From IMG/VR virus record IMGVR_UViG_3300028197_001049, positions 14,805 to 78,804 of that record: 64,000 nt of DNA; one strand, given 5' to 3'. A program made the position numbers and the translations under genes. Source of the stretch: a virus. Numbering within the stretch: position 1 is the first letter of the stretch; the number at the start of each line of letters is the position of its first letter. This document shows positions 40,508-51,092 of this stretch, one piece after another. Below the pieces are notes generated by a model, which saw only the letters and a program-made list of their open reading frames with translations, was not told the DNA's origin and did not search any database.

Positions 40508-43500
40508 TCACCCTCGCCAAGCGAGTCTCAAATAATCTGTATCTGTATGTGATGTTGCTGTTGTTGATTTAGATCCTCTGACGACTGTGAAGTCTTGACC
40601 AGAGATTGATGTATATTCCACAGTTTCATCACCAAATTCCAAATATCCTGTGGGTGGGAAGTTTGATACATTGCCAGTTACTGTAATGGTAGTAACTGTG
40701 TCATTAATAGCACCATTGAGTGTCAGACCATATGAAACATACGCTTCTGGTCCAATATTAATCATTGATGGTTCAATAGAACCCTGCGAAACTCCTCTGT
40801 GAGTAGTAAAGTCACCCACTGTAAGAGCAGGAGCATATCTATTAATCATTTCAATAGTAACACCCGTACCAAGATAAGATGCTAATGGATCATTAAGTTC
40901 TTGAGGTTCATACGAGAATTTGTTATTATCAAATGTCTGGAGATTATATGCTAGACCGGCATCAGAAGTATCTTTGAGCGTTCTTGATTCAGTTTCAACA
41001 TGGATAGTATTAGAAATAATAAGTTGAGATATGATAATTGGGAGTAAGAACTCTTCCTCGCGAACAGATGCAACACCAAATCCATTGATTGCATTATAAG
41101 AAGTGCTATCTACAATTAACTCTCGTTTTGCAAAAAGTGGTGTTTGGGGTCTAATAATTTCATACTTCTTCGCAAAAATTAACTCAGGTGCCTCAGTATA
41201 TCCAGAACCAGGGTTAGTAATTACAATATTAGTAACTCTACCATTAGTAATTTCAGCATATGCTTCTGCACCTGTTCCTGGATTACCACACTCAACTTTA
41301 AATAACACTATAGGTGCTACATCATATTCAAGACCTTGATTGGTAATATTGACTCCAGTTACTTGATAATCAAAAACTGGAGGAATACCTTGAGTTCCTT
41401 GAATACCTGCAGTGTTTTGGATACCCACTGTATTACCTCCACTAATGGGAATACCACTAACAACTGCATTTGCGACGGCATTTTTACCGCGAACATATGA
41501 GTTATCGGTATATACAAATGCAGTATAAAGCAGATTATCAGTATTTTCTAATGCCCTTTCATCAATTTTAATAATTTTCTTGGTGGTTTCTCCATCAATT
41601 TTGATGAGATCTCCAGGAAAGATAATATCTCCAGTGTTTGATAATTTATTAAAGTATCTACATCCCTCAGGATTATTATCACCAAGATATTCAAGTTTCT
41701 CAAAAACATTACCATTCCAGATAGAAATGGTTTTGTCAAACGTTTTCCCATAGAAGTAAAGACAATGGCAATTCTTCCCTACAGTTGGTGCCTCAGTGAA
41801 TGTAATAACATTATCAACAATTGTAAATGAAGATCCTTCTAATTGAGGAATGCCATCAAGTAAAACTAAAATTTGATGATCATCAGGTGGAAGAATAATA
41901 TCATCACCAAATTTAAATTCAAATGATTTTTTACTACTATTAAATTCATGCGAGAAATTATTTAATACTTTATACTTACTAAATGTATATGCAAAGAACT
42001 GTCTTTCTGGTGAATGTACTTCAGTAAATACAATCTTATTAGGATTGACACTTCTATTAATAGTATATGATTCACCATAAATTTGCACCACACCATCAAT
42101 AAACACTAATATATTTTCATCTGCCTCGGTGATAATATTAGAACCATTAGTTTTTTTCAAATCAAATGTTTTTGATGTTCCATCAAACAAGATGTCCCTA
42201 ACTTTGTATGAGTATCTTATATCATCTGAAGAATTAACAAATTTGAAGAAGATAGAGTGGAATGTAGTTCCAAATTTTGGTGCTTCAAAAAGGTTTAACG
42301 TGGAATTAGTGTAATTAAACTGCCCTTTCGTGTAGATGGAACCAGTAACATCACTAGAATCAATAATACCAGAAGTGGTTAAGAAGTCAGGAAGAATTGT
42401 GAAATCTTTCTCATAAAGTTGATTAGCAATTGCTAATTTCATCATATCACGAGCTTTATTGAATGCTGTTATAGATTCACTTACTTCACCCGCAAGACCA
42501 TCGGGAAGTAAAGAGTTACCTTGAAGATATCTCCCAACAACTTCTCTTATGTTGGAATTGCCCCCTGTTTTCATGTCATTAATAATAGCATCAACAACTA
42601 AACCTAAATCTCTCCTACAAACTGCCTCTCCGCTAGATGGAATCCCGACTAGTTCATTGGGGAATGGAGTGGGGAAGAGTAAAGATCCTTGAGTCAGATA
42701 GAATGTAATAGTTTCTGAAAGATTATGGATATTTGAACGAACATCCGCACATGCCGTTGGATCGTTATTTGCGATAACACTAGTTACAGCAGGAAGAACA
42801 ACAGCATCCGTAGCAGCACGAACAAATGTATGTGAATAATTACCACCTGAAGTAACCACAACTTGATTCAATGCACTAGCAGTAGCACTTACAAATGTAT
42901 GAGTGTAATTACCACCAGATACAACAGCTCCAGTTGTTGCGGAAACAAATGTGTGAGTAGTTGTGTTAGTAGATGGTATAGTGGTAAGAACTTGAATTGT
43001 AATTGTGGTTGCAGTTACCGATTCAATATTGATTGCAGTATCATAGAATGGATCAGTTAAACGAGGGTATGCGTGGTTGGTTCCATTACTATCCTCATCA
43101 CATGTGAATACAAGTGAATCTGGCAATAACTTAATGCTTGTACCAGCAGTCAAATTATGATTACCAATGGTCAATTCCATCAATCCTGTTGTAGGATTAT
43201 AATCAGCACCAGTTGGTGTAAATGATACAAGTGGAGATGCTCCAATGTTTACAGTAAGTTGATCATTGGTTGCAGAAATGACATTGAGTCGTTTATTAGA
43301 AGCAGGATCAGTTGATCTTGGATATGTTTTGTTGGATGTATTTCCATCCATTAAACAACTGAATGTAAGACTCCCATCTCCAATGATAATACCATCTCCT
43401 GCGGTAAATCCATGATTAGCTGATGTAATACCTAAAATTCCAGTGGCAGCATCATAGGTCGCATCAGTTACTGTGTAAAGTCTTGGGACATATGTATGAA

Positions 43501-46500
43501 CTGACGTGTCAGTAGAACTACCAACATTAATTGTGATAGTAGTAGCGGTCGTAGAAGTGATCGGAACAGGAGTATCGTATGTCTTATCCTTTTTCTTCTT
43601 TAAACCGTTCACAGAGGCACTCACAAAGGTATGAGCGGACGTATCACTAGAAACACCTATACGAACCTTGAATGTATCCTCAGTTGTTTCAGTAATTGGC
43701 AACCACTTCTCTGCATATGGGTCAGACCCTGCACGAGGATATGAATGATTAGTTTGATTATTATCTAAAGCACATGTAAATGTAATTGAGTTATTATCAA
43801 ATTTAATAAAATCTCCATCTTCCCACCCATGATTATTGATAGTAATAACCATTACTCCAGAAACAGGATCATAATCTGCACTTTCAATAGTTTCACTAAG
43901 AATAGATGTCTTCGGGTATGAATGATTAGTTTGATTGTTATCTAAGTCGCATGTAAATGTAATTGATTCATCTCTTAATTTGATAGTTTCATACTTAGAT
44001 AATGTGTGAGTGCCAATAGTCAGTTCAACGTCACCCGATTGGGGGTCATAATCAGCAGCAGTAATATCAAAACCAACCAGAGGTGATGTACCTATGTTTA
44101 CCTGGAAAGTATCTGTGGTAACATTAGAAACTGCCATGTTTGTGTTAAAAGCGTTATCAGTTACTCTGGGATAACTCTTCTCAGCAACATTTCCATCCAT
44201 ACCACAAGTAAAGATGAAACTATTTTCTTTAAGAAGGATATTATCTGAATTAGCAAGACCATGATTAGCAACTGTTACATTTAAAACTCCAGTAGCAGCA
44301 TCATAAGTTGCAGCAGTAGGTGTTCCTACAGCAGTTCCCCAATATTCAGCATTTCCTGGCGTTACTGTAAGATCTTTATCAAGCAACTGGTTAGTAATTG
44401 CCGATTTCATCATATCACGCGCTTTATTAAATGCTGTTATAGATTGAAGAATTTCACCACTCAATCCATTCGTAATTAATGTATTTCCATTGACATTAAA
44501 ATATTTTTTGAGAAATTTACGAGCATAAACATTGCCACCAGTATGAACATCTAGTGATACGGCATCAATAAACAATCCAAGATCACGCTTACACTTTCCT
44601 TCGCCCGTAGTATCGGACCCGATAGTTTCTGCTGGAAGACCTGCAATAGATCCTGCAGTAAATGCATCATTTACAATACCAGCAAGAACTGTAATAGCAG
44701 ATGTTACGTTAGCACACAAAGGAGCACCGAGAGGATCAGGAGTAATCGTAGTATCAGTAACTGTAAGTTGATTAGTAAATGCAAGGATCATATTATCCTT
44801 AGCGGCATTAAAACCAAAAATTGCCTCTGCTTCTTCACCAAGAATACCGTTAGTTATAGGATTTCCAGAATCATCAAAAAACTGTAGTGCAAATTTACGA
44901 GCATACTCATTACCACCATTAACAAGATCTAATGATGTGTAATCAATAAAGAGACCCATATCTCTCTTACACTTGGTCTCATACGCTCCATGAGAAGGAT
45001 ATTGAGCAATAATAGCATTCCAGGAATTATTAACAATCTCAGTTCTATTTTGCTGAATGAGTCTATAAGCGTCCTTAAAGCGATAATCACTCGCAGTGGC
45101 AGGATCTAGCGGATAAACAAAATCAGGATAGTCTATGGCGATTTGAGCAGCACCTCTGTCAATGATTTCCTTACGGTTCCTTTGGATATACCTGTATGCA
45201 TCTTTATAACGTGATGTTGATGTAGTTTGGGGATCATTCGGATAGAAGAAATCTGGATATTCAATAGAAATTTGAGCATTTGCTCTATCAATAATTTCTT
45301 GTTTATTGATATAAATTAGATCAGCACCATCTCTATGGCGGTTTGCACTAACCACAGTAGATTGAGCAGGGTCTAACCAGATTCCTTTATTTGAGACAGG
45401 AAGTGCAACAGATGGATTATTTAAATAATACGTTAAAATTCCAATTAGAGTCCCAATCGTACTTTGAACATCAGCACAAACTGCAGGATCATTATTAGTA
45501 AGAGTTCCATTAGGATTGGAAATTTTTACTCTAAATGAATCAGAACTAGGAACATCATAGATTTCAAACTTATCATTAAAATTAATATTTTGAACACTAT
45601 TAGTAATTCCAGAAACATGGAGATATTTGTTATCTGGATATCTTTGACCAGCAATTGTTATTGCTAAATTATGATCTGTTGATGTAGTAACTGTTGCTAA
45701 ACCAGCATCATACGACAGACTCACAATTGACCCAGTGTCAATTGGTTCTTGGAATACTTCATTCAATGCAAGAATTACAGAAGTATTTTTAGTATCAGTT
45801 GGGAATGTTCCGTCATTGGTGATAACACTATATGTGTTTGTATTTTCATTCAAATTTGATGAAAGATCCGCAATTTGTACTGATTCAATTTGATTATCTA
45901 AGAAATTAAGTTGTGCAGCGCCTGTGCCCAAATAAGACTTCAAGTTAGCTGCTTTGATCGTAGATAATTCATATTTTTTAAATACAATATCAGATTCTAC
46001 ATTAATTGTCGGAAGTTGAATAAGAATTTCATTTGCATGAGGATTCGCAGCAAGTCCGATACTAAATGCGGAACCTGTTACAGTGTCCTCAAAGTCAACA
46101 TCATTTTCTACAGATACTTCGCCAAATAATTTAAATCCAAGAGGATGAGTTGTTTCATCAACATACTTCTTATAATCACTAAGACCTTTAGTGCTTCTAA
46201 TTACATATGAAAAATCTTGGTAGTAATAACTATCAGTAATTTTCTGAGAAGAAGAACTAATTTTACCCAGATCAGAATCAAAGAATCCAACTCTTGTCAT
46301 AAATCCATCAACATTTCCAAAAACATCTGGTTCATCAATTGAATAAACTTTAGATGTTGTTGATTGAATTGATCCAGTTAGAATATCATTTACATTTAAC
46401 TCACCAGATCTAACTTGTATATCTAATAACAATACATTTTTACCAAGTTCCTGAATTTTACCAATAAATCCCTCAAAATTTGGAGTCTTTACGGTTTCTG

Positions 46501-49500
46501 CTAATTTATATGAAGTTGAACTTACATCTACAGCAATAACTTTTTTATTAAATACGAGTGATTTTGCTAATGTATAATCTGCTGTAAATTGACTACCATT
46601 ATTATTAAATCTTACACTTTTAACCTTACCAATATTTGTACTTTCAGCAAAAATTTCAGCATCATTATCAATTACAGTAACAGTATCACTTGCATCATAA
46701 TCATTGCCAATAGCATCAATAGAAACTGAGACAATCCTACCACCAACAATAGATGGAGTAAGAACTGCACCAGTGCCATTAAGTGTGTTTATATGTAATG
46801 TAACATTATTAGAATATCTACTACCTTGACTGATAACACTGATAGATTCAAAACCTCCACCTGTTATTGACTGGGCGAATGAAGCATTATCTAACTGACT
46901 ATGAACTATACCAAGAATTTTCGGTAATTTTTTATATCCTTCTCCACCATCAACTACAGAGATTTTTTTAATCTGACCTAAAGCACTTTTAGATAACGTG
47001 TCGTATGAAATTACATTGACATACTGAAGTTGTTCTGGTTGACGTGTAACAGTATATTTAAACACATTATCACTGACTACTGTAATATTTTGGACTCCTT
47101 CGGGAGTTGATAAGACAGTGAAAAACTTTTTATCATTACTAATTTTTTTATTTTGTTCATAATAATAGATTCTCGTCACACCAAAATCTAGCAATGCTGC
47201 TTTTCTAATAATTAATCTAGCACCGGCAGTTCCTGGCGTACCAAGGTAGTCAATATTACTAATGGGGTTAATATTTGTAGAATCTTCTGAGAGAGAAAGG
47301 TTAAACCCAAAGTTACTCCCATCACTAGTATCAAGTATATACTCTGTTCCTCTAGATACTCTAAATTGCAGATCTCTTACATAATAGTTTCCAGTATTTG
47401 TTGGGTCAATTTCCCAATATGTCGTAACAGGACCAACACTATTAATACTAATTTCTCTACCTGCCGGAGTAGATGAATCTAGAATAACACTGGTGTCTGA
47501 TAAAGATCCTGATGATACTCTAACTTCAATTGATGTATTTAATTTATCAATACTATAAATTACACCAGCAACTCCTGGTGTGGAAATTGCAGAACCAACA
47601 TCAAGTCTATAATCCTTGTCATTTTCTGGAATATGCAATGATACTACATTAGTAGCGGCATGAAGACGAATTGGTGTATTGAATTGTGATCTCTCAACAG
47701 TAAATTGATGACTTGAATAATTTATTCCTGTAATTTTTAAAATTTCATCATTGATCATAATGAAATCATTTTCTCTATAGTCAATTGACGAATCTACGTT
47801 TACAGTAGTTTGGTTAAATGAAACGTCAGCAACCAAAAAACTATTCGCAACCGGAGGTGTATAATGAACTGTTTGATAGTTTGATACTCTAACTTTATAT
47901 GTTTTTTCAGAGACTAAAGATTGTCTATCAAGATTTAATGTTACTTGATCACCATTTGATAGTAAGTGAGGTTCTGTTGTTTCAACGTTAACATCAAATG
48001 TAAGTCCTTGCTCTACATATTCAGGACCAGAAATATCAATTGGCCAAGGAAGATCAGGAATATTATTAGTTGTAGTAAATCCAGAAGCAGAAAACCCTGA
48101 AGATACACCATATGAAAGTGTTGATACTGGTTTACCCTCAATTTTCTCAACCCTACCAAAAGATCTAGATCCTTCTGTATCAGTATTATCAATAAAAACA
48201 AAATCTAAGTTTTTGAAGGAATCTCCACTAGAATTCACAGTAAACGAACTGAGTTCCCCTCTTTGAACCTCTCCTACAAGAAGGGAAGCATCAAATCCTT
48301 GACTTGGTGTATTTGCACTTCTAATTCTCCTTGCATCTGCAGGTAAATTATTTTGATTTGATTGATTGAATTCAATATTAAAATTGTATTGTGATGGAAC
48401 TGATTGGTAAGTTGTACCAAGAATATATGGATACTTTCCAGCACCATCATTGTCTACAGTTATGAAGTAGCAATATCTACCATTAGGATATTCTGGTGTT
48501 TTACAAAAACGACCATTATTTCTGTCAAGACTACCATTTCCTTGGGCAAAATTATAATCCTGAACAAATGCCCCCAAAGGATATACTGATGTACTTGGTC
48601 TTGTCGCAAGAGAAGTAGTGTTTAATGCATATGAACTAGTTTGTCTAGAGATGCCACTACTTTCATTCAATGCTTGAGAATAACCATATGGTCCATAAAT
48701 TGGATTACCATCATATGCCCATCCTAAAATAGGAGAGTGAACAAATCCAGATGTTTTTTCATCATAATTAGCATTTACGCCCTGAACATTATCAGATAGC
48801 GTATGTCTGAGAATTTTTGGATTTGATGGATATCCATATTGTAAATTATATTCTATGTTTCTACTAGCATATAAGTAACCATTACCACTGTCAGACTTTA
48901 TGGACTGAGCTACTGCCCAAATACCTGCATTATCCTTGTCATGAGTAGTTTTAAATACTCTGTCAAAAGACCATTTTCTGACGATACTTATAGCTTTTAC
49001 TCCTGATGCTTTTGAAATGATCCTTATTCTAATGGTGCTCTTGTCAGTATAATCTACACCACCATTAAGAACAGTAATTCCCACAACTTCATTGTTGTTA
49101 ATTTGTGCTGTGGCAAAAGCACCATTTCCTTTTCCTGAGATATCAGTAATTTCTACCCTAGGAGCAACCACATAGTTAACACCAGGATTAGTTACACTAA
49201 TGTTTTTAATTTGCCCAAAAGCTAAGTCACCATCATTTAGGACACTAGCAGTAGCATCAAATCCATATGTAACTTCAAAAACACGATCTGATGTATATCC
49301 AGATCCACCATTAACAACATCTACTGAGATTACCTTACCGTCAATAATATTTGCATGGAAAGTAGCATTAGAACCAGTTCCATCAACAACTCTGAATACA
49401 GGTTGGACATCCGTCTCAAAACCAAAACCGGTAGAAGATACACTAACCTCTGTAATATCTCCAAATGGCACATCTTCATAATCTTGAGCACTAAATGCCT

Positions 49501-51091
49501 CAACACCATTTACAAATAATCCTACTGGTGTATCTTTAGTAAACTGTTCTTGTGTATTTTTTTCAGGTACTAATGGAATAGATTTTAAAAGATTCTGATT
49601 TTTGACATCAAAACCTACACCTCTAAAACTACCAATTGGATGAGTTGGTAATCCAGGAGATGCAATATATACGAAATTTTTATCTTTATATACAGATGTT
49701 ACACCTGAAGTAATTTTTCCAACCGCATTGTTAATTTGGACATCTGAACTACTTCCAAATGATCCAATTTCGTTTTTTCTCCATGAATTAAATTGTTCTC
49801 TATCATCAACTGTGCCATCAAGTGATAATGTGATAATTTCATTTTCATTATAGTAATTAGAACCATCAACAATACTAGTCGTGGAAAGAGATCCTAATAA
49901 TCTAAGTCTAATTTTATTTGAATCTATTCGGTCACCATCTTTATAACCAAAAAGAGTTTCAGTAGTAATTACGGGTTGTAAATCTGCATGACTAACTGCG
50001 ACAGTATTATAAGTACCTCTACCACAATCAATAAATTGATTAAAGGTTTTAAAGCGATATGTAATAAACTCGTCATCAATTTTAATAATTCCATTTAATT
50101 CTGGAAATCCAATTGTACTATCAACAGTAACTACAGAACTGGTATTACTCAATACTCCACGAACAATAGTATTACTAGGAATAGTGAAGTATTGGTTATT
50201 AGTTACGTTTAATCTAATCTCATATACATTTTTATCCCCAGATGGATAATTTTGAATATTATTTACAAGGATTTGATCAATAACAGCAACTTTAACATCC
50301 TGTCCACTAGCATCGGTTTGATTTAATTCATTTCCGACAAGATCATAAGGATCTCCATCAATTTCTTCTACTTTAATGACATCATCAACAGTCCAATCTG
50401 AGAAAGAAGATTTGATTACATAATCTTTAGGATATCTTACAGTTACTTCTTCATCAAACAATGCTCGGAATAAAAATTCAATAGAAAGATCTGTTCCTTT
50501 ATAACTATAAAAATCTTTAACATTTCTAATTAAAGTATCTCTACTAATTTGATCAGAAATATTTTCATGAGGAAACCCATCAAGATACTGATTTTCATAA
50601 TTTCTTAAAATAAGAAATTTAATAAGATTTGATAGATTATTAACTTTTGAACTTGCTAAATGACTATCTGCAACTGTAGAAGTTGGTACAGTCTTTGAAG
50701 AAGAATATTCAACAATACCAGAAAATCCCCTCTCACATTCTAGGAGAGTTTTTGATGTTAAATTTACACTTCTATAGAAAATAATTTCATCATCAATCAT
50801 GATGATGCCATTTTCAGATGGAAGACCATCTAACTTATCTAAAACAATAGATGTTGCAGAAGTAGAAATATCTTGCTGCAATTCGTATGTTTTTACTAAG
50901 TCAAATTTTCTAAGTTCTTCTAAATTTTTATATTCTAAAAAATTCTCGGTAATATCACTTATACCACCAACAATTTCTAGTGATCTATAATATTCCTCAA
51001 AAAACTTTACAAACGTTGGAAATTCATTGACGACAAAATCTGGTAGTTGTTCTGCAACCAAATCCGAAATTTTAAGCTTATTAAGATCCAT
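40508..51091 (-). CDS. g7: Baseplate wedge initiator-like protein (3527 aa) with a YHYH-like domain and a nested domain insert
   Basis: QLPDFV..EFP.FV.FF.EYY, KDFYSYKGT..SIEFLFR.LF, DSYYYQDFSYVIRS..HP.GFK.FG; lies between g6 and g8. Confidence 0.88.
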   Translation of the reverse strand: MDLNKLKISDLVAEQLPDFVVNEFPTFVKFFEEYYRSLEIVGGISDITENFLEYKNLEELRKFDLVKTYELQQDISTSATSIVLDKLDGLPSENGIIMIDDEIIFYRSVNLTSKTLLECERGFSGIVEYSSSKTVPTSTVADSHLASSKVNNLSNLIKFLILRNYENQYLDGFPHENISDQISRDTLIRNVKDFYSYKGTDLSIEFLFRALFDEEVTVRYPKDYVIKSSFSDWTVDDVIKVEEIDGDPYDLVGNELNQTDASGQDVKVAVIDQILVNNIQNYPSGDKNVYEIRLNVTNNQYFTIPSNTIVRGVLSNTSSVVTVDSTIGFPELNGIIKIDDEFITYRFKTFNQFIDCGRGTYNTVAVSHADLQPVITTETLFGYKDGDRIDSNKIRLRLLGSLSTTSIVDGSNYYNENEIITLSLDGTVDDREQFNSWRKNEIGSFGSSSDVQINNAVGKITSGVTSVYKDKNFVYIASPGLPTHPIGSFRGVGFDVKNQNLLKSIPLVPEKNTQEQFTKDTPVGLFVNGVEAFSAQDYEDVPFGDITEVSVSSTGFGFETDVQPVFRVVDGTGSNATFHANIIDGKVISVDVVNGGSGYTSDRVFEVTYGFDATASVLNDGDLAFGQIKNISVTNPGVNYVVAPRVEITDISGKGNGAFATAQINNNEVVGITVLNGGVDYTDKSTIRIRIISKASGVKAISIVRKWSFDRVFKTTHDKDNAGIWAVAQSIKSDSGNGYLYASRNIEYNLQYGYPSNPKILRHTLSDNVQGVNANYDEKTSGFVHSPILGWAYDGNPIYGPYGYSQALNESSGISRQTSSYALNTTSLATRPSTSVYPLGAFVQDYNFAQGNGSLDRNNGRFCKTPEYPNGRYCYFITVDNDGAGKYPYILGTTYQSVPSQYNFNIEFNQSNQNNLPADARRIRSANTPSQGFDASLLVGEVQRGELSSFTVNSSGDSFKNLDFVFIDNTDTEGSRSFGRVEKIEGKPVSTLSYGVSSGFSASGFTTTNNIPDLPWPIDISGPEYVEQGLTFDVNVETTEPHLLSNGDQVTLNLDRQSLVSEKTYKVRVSNYQTVHYTPPVANSFLVADVSFNQTTVNVDSSIDYRENDFIMINDEILKITGINYSSHQFTVERSQFNTPIRLHAATNVVSLHIPENDKDYRLDVGSAISTPGVAGVIYSIDKLNTSIEVRVSSGSLSDTSVILDSSTPAGREISINSVGPVTTYWEIDPTNTGNYYVRDLQFRVSRGTEYILDTSDGSNFGFNLSLSEDSTNINPISNIDYLGTPGTAGARLIIRKAALLDFGVTRIYYYEQNKKISNDKKFFTVLSTPEGVQNITVVSDNVFKYTVTRQPEQLQYVNVISYDTLSKSALGQIKKISVVDGGEGYKKLPKILGIVHSQLDNASFAQSITGGGFESISVISQGSRYSNNVTLHINTLNGTGAVLTPSIVGGRIVSVSIDAIGNDYDASDTVTVIDNDAEIFAESTNIGKVKSVRFNNNGSQFTADYTLAKSLVFNKKVIAVDVSSTSYKLAETVKTPNFEGFIGKIQELGKNVLLLDIQVRSGELNVNDILTGSIQSTTSKVYSIDEPDVFGNVDGFMTRVGFFDSDLGKISSSSQKITDSYYYQDFSYVIRSTKGLSDYKKYVDETTHPLGFKLFGEVSVENDVDFEDTVTGSAFSIGLAANPHANEILIQLPTINVESDIVFKKYELSTIKAANLKSYLGTGAAQLNFLDNQIESVQIADLSSNLNENTNTYSVITNDGTFPTDTKNTSVILALNEVFQEPIDTGSIVSLSYDAGLATVTTSTDHNLAITIAGQRYPDNKYLHVSGITNSVQNINFNDKFEIYDVPSSDSFRVKISNPNGTLTNNDPAVCADVQSTIGTLIGILTYYLNNPSVALPVSNKGIWLDPAQSTVVSANRHRDGADLIYINKQEIIDRANAQISIEYPDFFYPNDPQTTSTSRYKDAYRYIQRNRKEIIDRGAAQIAIDYPDFVYPLDPATASDYRFKDAYRLIQQNRTEIVNNSWNAIIAQYPSHGAYETKCKRDMGLFIDYTSLDLVNGGNEYARKFALQFFDDSGNPITNGILGEEAEAIFGFNAAKDNMILAFTNQLTVTDTTITPDPLGAPLCANVTSAITVLAGIVNDAFTAGSIAGLPAETIGSDTTGEGKCKRDLGLFIDAVSLDVHTGGNVYARKFLKKYFNVNGNTLITNGLSGEILQSITAFNKARDMMKSAITNQLLDKDLTVTPGNAEYWGTAVGTPTAATYDAATGVLNVTVANHGLANSDNILLKENSFIFTCGMDGNVAEKSYPRVTDNAFNTNMAVSNVTTDTFQVNIGTSPLVGFDITAADYDPQSGDVELTIGTHTLSKYETIKLRDESITFTCDLDNNQTNHSYPKTSILSETIESADYDPVSGVMVITINNHGWEDGDFIKFDNNSITFTCALDNNQTNHSYPRAGSDPYAEKWLPITETTEDTFKVRIGVSSDTSAHTFVSASVNGLKKKKDKTYDTPVPITSTTATTITINVGSSTDTSVHTYVPRLYTVTDATYDAATGILGITSANHGFTAGDGIIIGDGSLTFSCLMDGNTSNKTYPRSTDPASNKRLNVISATNDQLTVNIGASPLVSFTPTGADYNPTTGLMELTIGNHNLTAGTSIKLLPDSLVFTCDEDSNGTNHAYPRLTDPFYDTAINIESVTATTITIQVLTTIPSTNTTTHTFVSATTGAVVSGGNYTHTFVSATASALNQVVVTSGGNYSHTFVRAATDAVVLPAVTSVIANNDPTACADVRSNIHNLSETITFYLTQGSLLFPTPFPNELVGIPSSGEAVCRRDLGLVVDAIINDMKTGGNSNIREVVGRYLQGNSLLPDGLAGEVSESITAFNKARDMMKLAIANQLYEKDFTILPDFLTTSGIIDSSDVTGSIYTKGQFNYTNSTLNLFEAPKFGTTFHSIFFKFVNSSDDIRYSYKVRDILFDGTSKTFDLKKTNGSNIITEADENILVFIDGVVQIYGESYTINRSVNPNKIVFTEVHSPERQFFAYTFSKYKVLNNFSHEFNSSKKSFEFKFGDDIILPPDDHQILVLLDGIPQLEGSSFTIVDNVITFTEAPTVGKNCHCLYFYGKTFDKTISIWNGNVFEKLEYLGDNNPEGCRYFNKLSNTGDIIFPGDLIKIDGETTKKIIKIDERALENTDNLLYTAFVYTDNSYVRGKNAVANAVVSGIPISGGNTVGIQNTAGIQGTQGIPPVFDYQVTGVNITNQGLEYDVAPIVLFKVECGNPGTGAEAYAEITNGRVTNIVITNPGSGYTEAPELIFAKKYEIIRPQTPLFAKRELIVDSTSYNAINGFGVASVREEEFLLPIIISQLIISNTIHVETESRTLKDTSDAGLAYNLQTFDNNKFSYEPQELNDPLASYLGTGVTIEMINRYAPALTVGDFTTHRGVSQGSIEPSMINIGPEAYVSYGLTLNGAINDTVTTITVTGNVSNFPPTGYLEFGDETVEYTSISGQDFTVVRGSKSTTATSHTDTDYLRLAWRG

Positions 51092-51092
51092 G

